Positions 52,874 to 64,000 of a stretch of DNA of 64,000 nucleotides are shown one piece after another. The notes below the pieces were generated by a model that saw only the letters and a list, made by a program, of their open reading frames with translations, was not told the origin of the DNA and searched no databases. The position numbers and the translations under genes are program-made. Position 1 is the stretch's first letter; each line of letters begins with the position of its first letter. This stretch comes from Octopus vulgaris (Eukaryota), in the NCBI GenBank assembly GCA_951406725.2, contig OX597826.1, positions 39,928,001-39,992,000 on the forward strand. Reading direction: 5' to 3'.

Positions 52874-55104
52874 CTAAAAGAAGTAACCGGTGTTACCCAG
52901 GTTAAAGGTCATAATGAGATTTTATTAAAAATATTGATATGCGAGTTGTTTCTTAATGATTATTGTGATTAGTGATTCTAACATTACTGGCATAACAAAT
53001 TTTGTGTGTTCAACAACAATAGCATACTTGAAATAGAAAACACATAAAATCAATTTATGATAAAACGTCTTTATATACAACATTATGAGTTTTTCTCAGT
53101 GGTGTATAAATGAAAACATCTTTTGAACTTCCAGCACGTCAGTATCCAACATACAATTGTCCATGAGAGAGCCAAAGCTCTTCTAATTGCAAACCAGTTA
53201 CTGATAATGTCTGTCCTTGCGATTTTTTGATGGATGTTGCAAAACTTAGTCTAGCTGGGAACTGTACTCTTTTAAATTGTTCTGGAAAATCAGTTGGTAT
53301 TAATGGAAGTCTAGTAATGAATACATTACTAGCTTCTATAACACGTGGCATTATTTTCTTCACAATGAGTTTTACTTTATTGTAGAAGCTTAGAGGATCT
53401 AAATTTCTTAGAAGCATTATAAGTACTCCAAGTTTCAAGTCAAGCGTATGAGGAGGTAAACCAGATGGTTCCAGTGAGTTTAAACTCTCAACTAGATAAT
53501 TAGCTACTTGTGATTGGTCAACAACAGTTACAATAGCTCTAAATGATTGGCAATTTCCAAGAAGGCAGATTAAAGTTTATTGCGCTTACTGTTATATTTC
53601 TCGGTGCGTGAATTGCCCTTTTACTCAACCGTTTACAATCCTTATATTATGCATTGAAATTTTGGAAGATTTTGTTCATAAGTTCTTTCTCTGATTTCAC
53701 CATTATGCAAATAGGTGATGGATTTATTGCACCTTCATTGTCTACATGTACTCTTACTTCTCCCAGTTTTAATAAATCTTTGGCAAACCACTCAAATAAT
53801 CAATGACCATGAAGATATGATCGCATATTGGTTTCATGCTTCAGTACGTTTATGCAGTGGCAGAAGTATGATGATTTAAAGCATTATCGAATTCCATCAG
53901 ATTTATTTCCCTTTGGAGTAACTGTGTTTGTCTAAAGTCACCAGATGGAACAACTGTCACTCCTCAACCTATTGGAGCATCATTATTTCAATTATCTCGC
54001 AATGACTAATCAACTGCTTCAACAGCTCTCTTATGTGCCATTCTACATTCATCTCATATTAACAATTGACATCTGAGAATTTCAGCTATTCTTGGATTCG
54101 TGCTGATATTGCACAGAAGAATATCATTACACCATATATCCAATGGTAGTTTGAGCCAAAAGTAGTTTTATAACAAATGTCTTTCCACTTCAACCTTGTG
54201 CATCGAGGAAGAATATTTTACCCTTCTCGTGCCTAATGTTGTCAACAACTACTTCATATGCTTCTCTTTCATTTGGAAGTAAGTTTTCATAATTTACTTT
54301 CACATATTCTGTCAAATCATCAATGTCGTAATTTGCTTCTCTGAAGAATTCAGATGTTAGTCTGTTTTCATTGCCACAAGTAACTTTAGGAAGTCCGAAA
54401 TTCTGGAGCACTTTTCCTCCAATAACCAATAGTTTGTCTTCTATGTTGACAATTTGACAAATTTTGTTCATGGAAGAAATTTGAACCAAAGGTTCTGAGG
54501 CATCGTCTTGATGTAGATTGTAATCAAATGCAACAAAGTCCAATCGGCAACGTTCTTAAATCGTAAAACTTCTGTTCTTGTTATCTTTTCACCTAAGCTT
54601 TGAGTTGTTTGCACTTCAGTTTCTTCATGCCGATTTTGAGCTGCTCTAATTCTCACCATTTGCTGTCTTGATGATTTTCGTACAGCTGATTCCTGTTAAC
54701 GAATAGTTGCTTTCATTGTCCTATTATCAGTAAATCTATTTGACCATTGTACTTCTGATTCATTTTGCCTATATTGCATTGTTTGTTTTCTTTGTTTTTG
54801 GAGTCTTTCTTGTTGCTGCTCTACATTTTCAATCCTCCTCTGTGGCTGCATTGCCCTAGCTTCACGAGTCTTCTTTTTCCAAATGAAGGACTATTCTTCG
54901 GTGGCATTTTTTGCTTGCAGTTTACAATGTCACTATTTACACTTTAAAATTCTTGTATACAAAACTTCACCTCAAAAAATGAAAATACGAATCATGTTAA
55001 AACTTGCCATGAAAGGTCCTTACAGTGCCGTATCAACTGTCCAATACCAACTCACTGCTATGTGTTCACTCACTACTATACACACACACACACTTATATA
55101 TAGA
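52874..55104 (-). mobile_element. Helitron, internally deleted (Pif1 helicase remnant, Rep absent)
   Basis: Minus-strand 5' TCTATATATAA at 55104. 3' hairpin taacc..ggtta (52884-52904) followed by TTAG|T. Helicase motifs FFLDAQG, LLRNL, RVQFPARLSFATSIKKSQGQTL and SHGQLYV. Confidence 0.9.
53139..54543 (-). pseudogene. Helitron Pif1-family helicase fragments
   Basis: ORFs 54190-54543 and 53139-53438, with a frameshifted interval between them. Confidence 0.88.
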
Positions 55105-55486
55105 GAGAGTGAGAGAGAGAGAGACATAGAGAGAGAGAGACAGAGAGAGAGACAGAGACAGAGAGAGAGAGAGAGGGATGGAGTATATCTGATGTCATTT
55201 GGCTATCATTTAGAACGTATTTTCTGTCTCTTCATATTAAGTCAACGAGAAAGTTGTGAATACACCCGCTAACACACGTCACACACACATGCTGCATTAC
55301 CTTCCATTTATTCTTAGCAAACAACCCAAACCACGTTGAATGAGAACTATCTCTTGCTCCTTAAATAATATACATCAAAGTTTGGGAAGAACCTATATTT
55401 GTGTCTAAAGACCTTTCACGCCAGGTTTGAACAAACTAGGTTTACTGGTTTTTTGCGTGCATTGGTAACGAACAGACAAACAAGCA

Positions 55487-55534
<48 letters not shown>

Positions 55535-55589
55535 TATACATACATGATGGCCGTGCACTCGTGACCGGAGAAGGCCATTTTTGACCTTC

Positions 55590-55890
55590 CGGAACACTGT
55601 GCGCTCTAGGACTAATTACATTTTGCATTTGCGGCTCCATTGGTGGCTAATGAGGGCGTGGAATTTAAGGAGCCAATGATAGGTCTTTGTTGCATAGTAT
55701 CAACCACAGTTTCATTCACAACTGACTCGTAGTTTAGGAGTTCAGAGAAGTATTCAATACAGTGGCCTGCAATTCTCCTTGATTTAGTAAATAGAGTAGA
55801 AGACTCTTTGGAAAGTAAAGACCCATAAACCTGCTTCATAAGATGATAAAGCTTCTTGCTGTCATTTTCATTAGCAGTACATTGAAGAAC
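55590..55890 (-). mobile_element. Decayed RTE-like fragment
   Basis: KQVYGSLLSKESSTLFT..EYFSELLN, typical of the EN-RT linker. Confidence 0.6.
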
Positions 55891-56789
55891 CTGGTCTCGA
55901 AAATCTTGCTATATTGTAGTATTTTCAATGCTGGACAGTTTAAGGCAGTGCTCCAGCATGGCTGCAGTCAAATGACTGGAATAAGTGAAAGAATACGAGA
56001 ATAAAAGATACAAACATACACACACATCTGTAATTCCATTTTCTGTTATTTATAGGAATAATTTATCGATATTTGCCCCACATCAATCATACGAACATCA
56101 TATTCACACCCACCTAACCGCCACCACCATCACTATCACCCTCACCGTCATACCATCACACCTCTATCATTATAATGATGATGATGATGATCATCATCAT
56201 CATCATTACTACAAGTCTTCGAGTTGTGTATCTCATTTCTTTTGACATTTTTTTGTATAATTTGTAAGATACCTTAGTGACGAGTTTTTATTTGATATTA
56301 GTTTTTTTGGCGAAAGGGAGATACCGTCATAGTGATATTTATTTCAGAAGATTTATTTACGGTTTGGTTTTGAATCAGCGTGCCAGACTCTACATGGTTA
56401 CTTGATATACTAGAAATAGCTGCCAAATCATCCCTCAAATTGCATCCTCCGCTCTGAAATTAAGCATATTTTAGACAAGATACAACTGGATATAGAACAA
56501 TACAGATTGGCTAAGGTTGAAATTTCATCGTCTATCTGCTCATCAGGACTAAAGACTAAACAACAAGAATAACCAAGCTAAAACTCTCTAATAAACAATT
56601 AGGAAGTTAACTTAATTAAAATATTGATTACTTTATGAAGGATGTATATAAAGTAGAACACTTCGTTGAACAGCAAAATTCAATAAAACACTATATGAAA
56701 GACACTATATAGGAAATTTAGTTTATTAAATACCTTAGATATAACACTTTGTTCAGACACAGACCTGCGCTATGTTGTGAACGTATTCT

Positions 56790-57660
56790 GTACCAGTTAT
56801 TCTTATAAACTATAAGAAACAGAAGTGTGAGTCAACTGGGAGGAGAATAGCCTTGGAAACAAGTGAGATTTTGAGGCTTATTTTCAGCTGATGGTCATCT
56901 ACTCACCCTAAAGAATCGTACTGATGTTCATGAAAGAACTAAATGAAATATTATGAGAACACTACCAAAAACCTCGTCTTCTGTAACAATATCAAAGCCA
57001 TAACATAACATTTTTCATCTACTCAAATTTCAAACAAATTCCTATTGAAAAATAGATGTACAACAGAAAGATTCTATTTCTTCTAAGCTACTCACAGCCT
57101 ATTTCAAATAAATTGTTGGAACATATCACTGGTTGAAAGAGAAATTGGCAATCAAAATCGATAGCGAATTCCTCACTTTCTATTTACAAACGACAAAGTC
57201 AGGGTTCTGGTTCCTTGAAATACAAAGTATGGCAGAACAGCTGAATACGAAATGCAAGGATGTCAAAGTATACTACGGTAGAACATCTATATACAGAATG
57301 TAAATCTGTAGGATGAACATTGAACATGAAATGAACATATAAATAAATGTAAAAAATCTGTATTGAGGGGTTTTATTCTAGAAAGCGACGTAAATAAAAC
57401 ATCTTAAAATTAAATAACTCTACAAGAGTCAATTAAGAAGAACGCACGCAACAAAAGAGAAAGAGATATATAGCGAAGTACCTTAAGAATGCGAACTATT
57501 GGGAAGATAAGTTCAATTATAAAACAAAAATGTGTATGTACCTCGAAAAACGACTTTCCACACTGTGTTAATTCTTCAATTTGTAATGATATAGAAATGC
57601 AAGCCCTGTCAAAACAAGAAAGCTAAGGGCGTCACATGCGTACGACTGGTTTATACTTAA
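56790..57660 (+). mobile_element. Highly decayed LINE RT fragment
   Basis: QVRF*GLFSADGHLLTLK resembles the QxGFR..DHI.TL motif; LFTND resembles YADD. Confidence 0.4.
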
Positions 57661-57831
57661 AATATAATTGAGATTTACGGAGATGTACTTTCATAGTAAA
57701 TGACCTGATCTGTGATCGTGTGCTGGAACGAAAAGAATTGCAGCATGGAAGGTGTATATGAGCCATTTAAAAACACACAAAAACCGTTAGATTCCCTTCA
57801 ACATTTAAATTTAATTTGCCAAAATATTTTC

Positions 57832-58065
57832 TATTTTTTTTACTACCCACAAGGGGCTAAACACAGAGGGAACAAACAAGGACAGACAGACGGATTAAGT
57901 AGATTACATCGACCCCAGTGCGTAACTGGTACTTAATTTATCGACCTCGAAAGGCTGAAAGGCAAAGTCGACCTCGGCGTAATTTGAACCCAGAACGTAA
58001 CGGTAGACGAAATACGTCGACGCATTTCGCTCAGCGTGCTAACGTTTCTGCCAGCTCGCCGCCTT
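57832..58065 (-). mobile_element. SINE family A, full length
   Basis: Homologous to 24916-25144. 18-bp TSD atttgccaaaatattttc (57814-57831 / 58066-58083). Confidence 0.9.
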
Positions 58066-59270
58066 ATTTGCCAAAATATTTTCGTCCCTTTGAGATTGCG
58101 ACCTGTTCACTGGCAAAATTCCGTGCTGCATCTGAGAAAGTAACAGTTAGTTCATGATATATAAGTACGTATGTATGTGTGTGTGTACGTATGTATGTAT
58201 GTATGTATGTATGTATGTATGTATGTATGTATGTATGTATGTATGTATGTATGTGTACATGTATGTGCGTATGCATATGTGTACATGCGTATGCACGTAT
58301 GCATATATGTAAATGCGTATGCATGTGCGCATGCCTATACGCATGTATGTATGTACATATGTATGTACGTGAGTATCTATGTAAGTGTGTAAACGTGTCT
58401 GTGTGTGAGCACATGTGTATGTACGTGTGAACGTATGTTTATGCGCTATGTGTCTGTCCAAGTTGTATACATGACTGTTACTTTGTTGAAGGTTGTATAC
58501 ACACACATACATACATATGCATATATATAGGCACACACATATATATGTGTGTGTGTGTGCGTTTGTCCCTCTCACCACCGTCTTACGGTGAATGGATGCA
58601 ACGTCTTAAATACACATATGCAAATATAACCTTACTTATCCATATACACATGTACACACAATCATATTGACACTTACACACATATACGCTTATCGATCTA
58701 TACATATTTGTATGACTCTATTTTCGCGGAAATGGGTTAAAATTCAAAGTTGCCTGTTTTCAATTTATAATATTTTTAAAATTAATTCATTTATTCATTA
58801 CACACATATACATATACAATACATACATATATCTACACACATACTCATACATGCATGCATGTATATGCTCATACACTCACATACTCACACATCACATACA
58901 CAACACACAAGACATACACACACATACATCTACACATACGTATGAAACTATGTACGCTTATACAGTTATATAATTGAGAGTTCTTTCAAAAGCTAACTAT
59001 AAAATGGATCCGAAATAAATAAACGGAAATAGTATTCTTTATTTTCAATAGCATTTGTTATTTCTTATAATCTTCAACTGGAGTTGGGTTGACCATAGAT
59101 AACAAGTGACAACTGGTGACCGAAAAAAATGACAGATTCGGTTCCTAGTAATTGAGCATAAGAAAAAACGTCCTACACACACACTCTCTCATTCTTTCTC
59201 TCTCTTTGTCCCTCGCGCACTTCCTTCTTTTTTACTCCCTCACTCTCTCTCTCTTTTTCCTTCTCTCACT

Positions 59271-59320
<50 letters not shown>

Positions 59321-59331
59321 ACTCTCAATTT

Positions 59332-59399
59332 CTCGCAGTAGACGAAATATCGCTATGTAGTTCGCCCGGCGTGCTAACCATTCTGCCAGCTCACCGCCC
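59332..59399 (-). mobile_element. SINE family A head
   Basis: gacgaaat..tcgcccggcgtgctaac..ctgccagctcaccgcc. Confidence 0.7.
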
Positions 59400-60801
59400 T
59401 ACAACAGCATAATATTAAATTTGCTCCAAAGTTGTTAAGTTTACGTGCAGAGTTCGAATATTCTGGTTGGCTTCTCTAACAAGAGTGATCAACGTTTATC
59501 TGCATTACAACCATCCCCGAGTGAACTGAACAATAACATAGTGGTGGTTGGTGCAATTGGATGTGATGTTGCCTTGCTCACATGAATTTAAATTAGTGCT
59601 GAAGGTTAACTAAATGTTTTTAGAGAGAAGTATGCAACAAATTTGAAGCAAAGGGAAATAGGTTGCGTCAACCACCAAACTTGAGACGAACAATAAACAT
59701 GCAATACATGCTGAAGAGAAAGAAGTGCTTGAGATGCACAGAGGCAGTAATAAGGTCGAAGATTGTGAAGAAAAGACGTTGACAAACTAATTGAATAACC
59801 GTCAACGCATTGATTATTTAACTAGACGGCAAGAAAACTAAAGTGAAACATGATGAGTGTATGTGTTTCTAATGGTAGTATGAACTACAAAAAAAATCAA
59901 CAATATGCATTTTCCCATAAAGAATCTTGCAAAAGAAATACAAAATCGAAATGATAGGAAAAATCGAGCTTGTTCAGGTGATCCTCTTCACAAACGATTC
60001 TATCGTACATGTCTTGTATATCCACATGTTATTCTTCTTTTACGTGTATCCTTATAAAAGTATTGGCACTCCATGTTTTTACCCAAGAGGAATTTGAAAC
60101 CTAATTGCCGCGATTACGATATAAGTCAGAAACTGATTGGCAAATTCCATTCGCCAATACAACTTAAATCTTATCCATCAGATTTAGAGTAAAACAATGT
60201 TTTCCCCAAAGATGCTGGAAAAAGGAAAAGAATTACTTTCACCCGATATTGAAACTTGCAAAAGAAGCCTATAACAACTCTATAACGTTCATCAGCGAAT
60301 GTTTGAAGCATTGATTTCTTTTTTACTGAGACCAAGAGCTTCCATATTTTGGCGATAAAAAGTAAAGAAATGCAGAAATTGTCACAATCATATGTTGTAA
60401 ATTCAGAATCTAAACTACACCAGAGACCTAGTTAGCTGTTCTTCAGTTAATGTAACGTGATATTTCCATCGTTGCGTAAAATTCACCAGAAAACTTTCTA
60501 GGCGAACTTCTATATTCAAATGTAAGAGAAATCATGATATTTTAAATATATAATTTTATATAACAAAAGGTATTTTAAAGAAAGCTGACGCAATAGAATA
60601 ATAGAGGCTATTCCGATTAAATGTATTATACATTACCATTTATAATCTAGTGCAATCTTGGTTCAGTGAGTTTTATAGCTTGAGTAATCTTTCATTCGGA
60701 GAAAACATTAGAAATTTCTGCAAAAGCAAAAAAAGAAGAAAATATGTATGTTAACTATTTACCATTTTTATACATGTATGTTAGTTTTATACAGACACAC
60801 G

Positions 60802-60918
<117 letters not shown>

Positions 60919-60928
60919 TAACTATTTA

Positions 60929-60965
<37 letters not shown>

Positions 60966-61049
60966 CCTTACATACTAATCAATGAAATTAAAACAGGCTG
61001 ATTTTCAGGTTTTATTATTTGTATTTTTTTACAATTTAACAATACTGAA

Positions 61050-61091
61050 ATAAACTAATATTTTCATGCGTTGTGCAGTCATCAGATTTAT
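61050..61091 (-). ncRNA. Minimal hammerhead-like motif (left arm of palindrome)
   Basis: Minus strand: ataaat-CTGATGA-ctgcacaacgcat-GAAA-atat-TA-gtttat. Confidence 0.7.
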
Positions 61092-61144
61092 ATAGTGACA
61101 ATCGTGTTCCATAGTTCACAACTGTGGAACACGACTGCCACTAC

Positions 61145-61186
61145 ATAAACCTGATGATTGCGTAACGGATGAAAGTACTAGTCTAT
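61145..61186 (+). ncRNA. Minimal hammerhead-like motif (right arm of palindrome)
   Basis: ataaac-CTGATGA-ttgcgtaacggat-GAAA-gtac-TA-gtctat. Confidence 0.7.
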
Positions 61187-62199
61187 TTCAATATTGTAAA
61201 ATTGTAAAATCGTAAAAATTGCAAACAATAAAACATAAAAACCAGGCTAAGATGGAATTTAATATATTCTTCTATACACAGTCATACAAACTCTTATATA
61301 TATGTATTTATGGGTATATATATACATGTGTGTGTGTGTGTGTGTATGCGTGTGTGTGTGTGTGTATCTGTGTGGATATGTGTATGTATATTCATATGCA
61401 TACATACATGCATATATATATAGAAATACATATATACGTAGAGATGCATACAGGAGCACAGTCTCACATTAGTAAAATATATACACACAACTGTATGTGT
61501 GTGTGTGTGCGTCTGTGTATGTTTTATATCACAGTACTCGAAAATTTCTCATCGTTTATTAGTCTGGAGGCTAATGTATATTGGTACATTTCTCTGTCAA
61601 CAATAAGCATTGAAGCCTCACAAATGTCATCAATCATTTCCTTGAGTGAAAAGAGAAAGAAAGCTTTCTAAACCACATAATGAAACAATATCTATCTTTA
61701 GAAATACTTTAATCATATTGACTTTAATCGAGCTTTTAAAGATTGGTTTTGTTATTCATAAAATTGATATTAAATGTAACCTCTTGTGGATGTATGTATG
61801 TATGTATCCATGCACATACACAGACACACATACACGTATACATGCACACTCGTTTAGCCAGACATGATGCATACGTTTTGCAAACTAAAATTTAACGTTA
61901 AAATAAAACTAGTAATTTTCAGTCTGTTCTGTTTTATGGAGTTTTATATTTTTTTTCTTTAAATTCTATTTTAGTTTTTCTTTAATTCGTATTATTTGTT
62001 CAATTTAATTTCTAAGTTTTGAAATAAATATAAACTGAATGACTTTTTCGATTCTATAAATCGAGACTCATTATATATATTTGCTTTAATAATTTTCGAA
62101 TCCCACTTTAAAAGACAAATATTTTCATGCTTACCTAGCAATTCAATTTTCATAATTTCCTGAAATTCTATTCACACAACTTACAAAAGTCAAACGGAT

Positions 62200-62900
62200 T
62201 TTGGAACCAGGCATCTTTATTTGTATTTTATTTTTGTTCGAGCAACTTGCAATGTGTAGCAGCCAGGTAAACGCTCCTTCGTTGGCCCATTGTGCTTTGG
62301 AAGTTAAGTGATTGTGAGAGAAATCTTTGCCTTTGTATATGATACCTGCAACTTATCTATCAGTAGTATGTGAATGCGTCGGAAGAATACGCTCAGTATT
62401 TTCAGTACTATTTCATAGAATGATTTATGGCACATACGGAAAAAATACAAAACAAGTTAACGTGAGGATTTTTGTCCAAATACACGACACATCATTGGCC
62501 ACCGAGCCAATGTGTCACGAACTCCCAATACAAAGATGTATACGAGCATATTTTATTCCCTCAGTCATTTGATCCATTTACGCTCCTCTTGATTATAGGA
62601 GGTGTATGATAGTCACAGTTGTCGTTTTTTATGTAAGATCTTTGAGAAATATAGCCGATGTTTGTCGAGACAAACAAACCAAGCATTTAAACTTAAATAC
62701 ATCAGAAAAGTAGTTTCAGTTTGGGTTTTTTTGAGTTTACATCCGACCTGCATTTTTTCTTTTTTGTCTTTATCAGTAATACAATAATTGCTTCCATGAC
62801 TAAACAAAAGCAGCGAAGCGTCGGATATATTAGAATAATAATGCCTTGCGGTATTTGTTCCTGTTCAAATGTCAAGTTTAACTTTGCCATTCCTTCCTCT
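62200..62900 (-). mobile_element. Possible Tc1/mariner transposase remnant
   Basis: An FSD-like motif near 62700 and a WP..PDL..DFFLW-like region near 62450-62490. Heavily decayed. Confidence 0.35.
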
Positions 62901-64000
62901 CGAATCGATAAGTACTTACCAAGTATTGGATAAAATCTCTTCCCATTTCTCTTTCTCCATCTCCCCCTCTATCTCCATAGCACCGAGAGAGTGAGGTGGG
63001 GGTGGTTAGCAATCACTTGTAAAAAACTGATTTGCTGCAGTAACTGTCCAACCCGGAAATAAAGAAAACAAAAGGATACCGAATAAAAGCAAAACTGAAT
63101 TGATAGCCCCTATCTAGTTATTCAGTTTTCCCAAATCTTCCTTAGATTGCACCCTAGCTCATCGTAAGAGAAGCAGGTAATATATCATAATGTAATGTTC
63201 TGTGTACGGAATCCTTTGTTCAGCATACTCAATATTACCTGGAAAGGGTGAGGCAAACACATTTCATACACACACACACACACACACACACGCACATACG
63301 CACGCACATACACTCATTCACACACATACACACTAACTCACACTAAGGAAGGCACAGAAATTCTTACAAGGCTATATATTTCTTATCACACGACCGGACT
63401 ACATGTTGATAACTAGGGTTTGATATATAGCAGAGCTTCATCTAACCACGTAGGTTATAAATGCAGGGATACCGCAATCTTTAATTTCCTACCTTCAATC
63501 AATCTGAAGCCTTTAAATGGCCACAGAATTTGTAATCTTATAATAACAAGATTATAATTCCTCTCGCCACAAGAGTACGCCTTATCAAAACTATTTTGTT
63601 TCATTCGTTATCACCTCAACTATACATGGAAGTTAGTTTCAAAATGTGTTAAAAGACAGAAGAAAAATGGTGGCGTGTGAATAAGCATGAGAGAAAGATA
63701 CAAAGTGAACATTTTAGCTGGATTTTGATTTAGTAGGTTCTTCATTTGAAAGGCAACCAACCACTGTGAATAATTCCTTTTAAATAGATTTGTCCATTGT
63801 ATATAGACATTATATATTTGATGTCTTTCATCTGCAGAGAAAATTGGTAAATTTCACATCCCCGTTGTGTATGTTCAATAGACTTTAATCTTTCCTTTAC
63901 TTGAGGGAGATCTTTTTGCTTTATTCTTCTTCTGTTGTTTACTTTAATTTTCCTTTATTTCATTTTTGTTTCATCACTCGCCACTCTCTCTTATGTAGCA

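Larger units (their letters stand above)
60995..61248. repeat. ~250-bp palindrome centred near 61118
   Basis: cgtgttccatagt-tcaca-actgtggaacacg centre with extended imperfect arms. Confidence 0.85.

Overview
AT-rich, microsatellite-dense animal DNA, intergenic or intronic. I found no supportable host protein-coding exon. The SINE families suggest an octopod cephalopod, but this is an inference from recalled repeat sequences. The window is a mosaic of mobile elements: a near-complete but frameshifted Penelope-like element (RT + GIY-YIG, ~19.8-22.7 kb) with several other PLE remnants; a Rep-deleted Helitron with both ends (52.9-55.1 kb); two copies of a non-autonomous Helitron carrying a captured coding fragment; a hAT transposase remnant; a mariner nested in an RTE; a bipartite RTE with TSD; a young L1/Tx1 3' fragment within (GATA)n; MITEs; two tRNA-derived SINE families; and a 1.2-kb tandem duplication. 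The most notable signal is about 16 minimal type-I hammerhead-ribozyme-like motifs (stem I - CTGANGA - stem II - GAAA - short palindromic stem III - NTH - stem I'). They lie in short non-coding repeats, often as inverted pairs, and include a recurrent variant core. Nearly all listed ORFs are microsatellite artefacts. All alignments and folds were done by eye.
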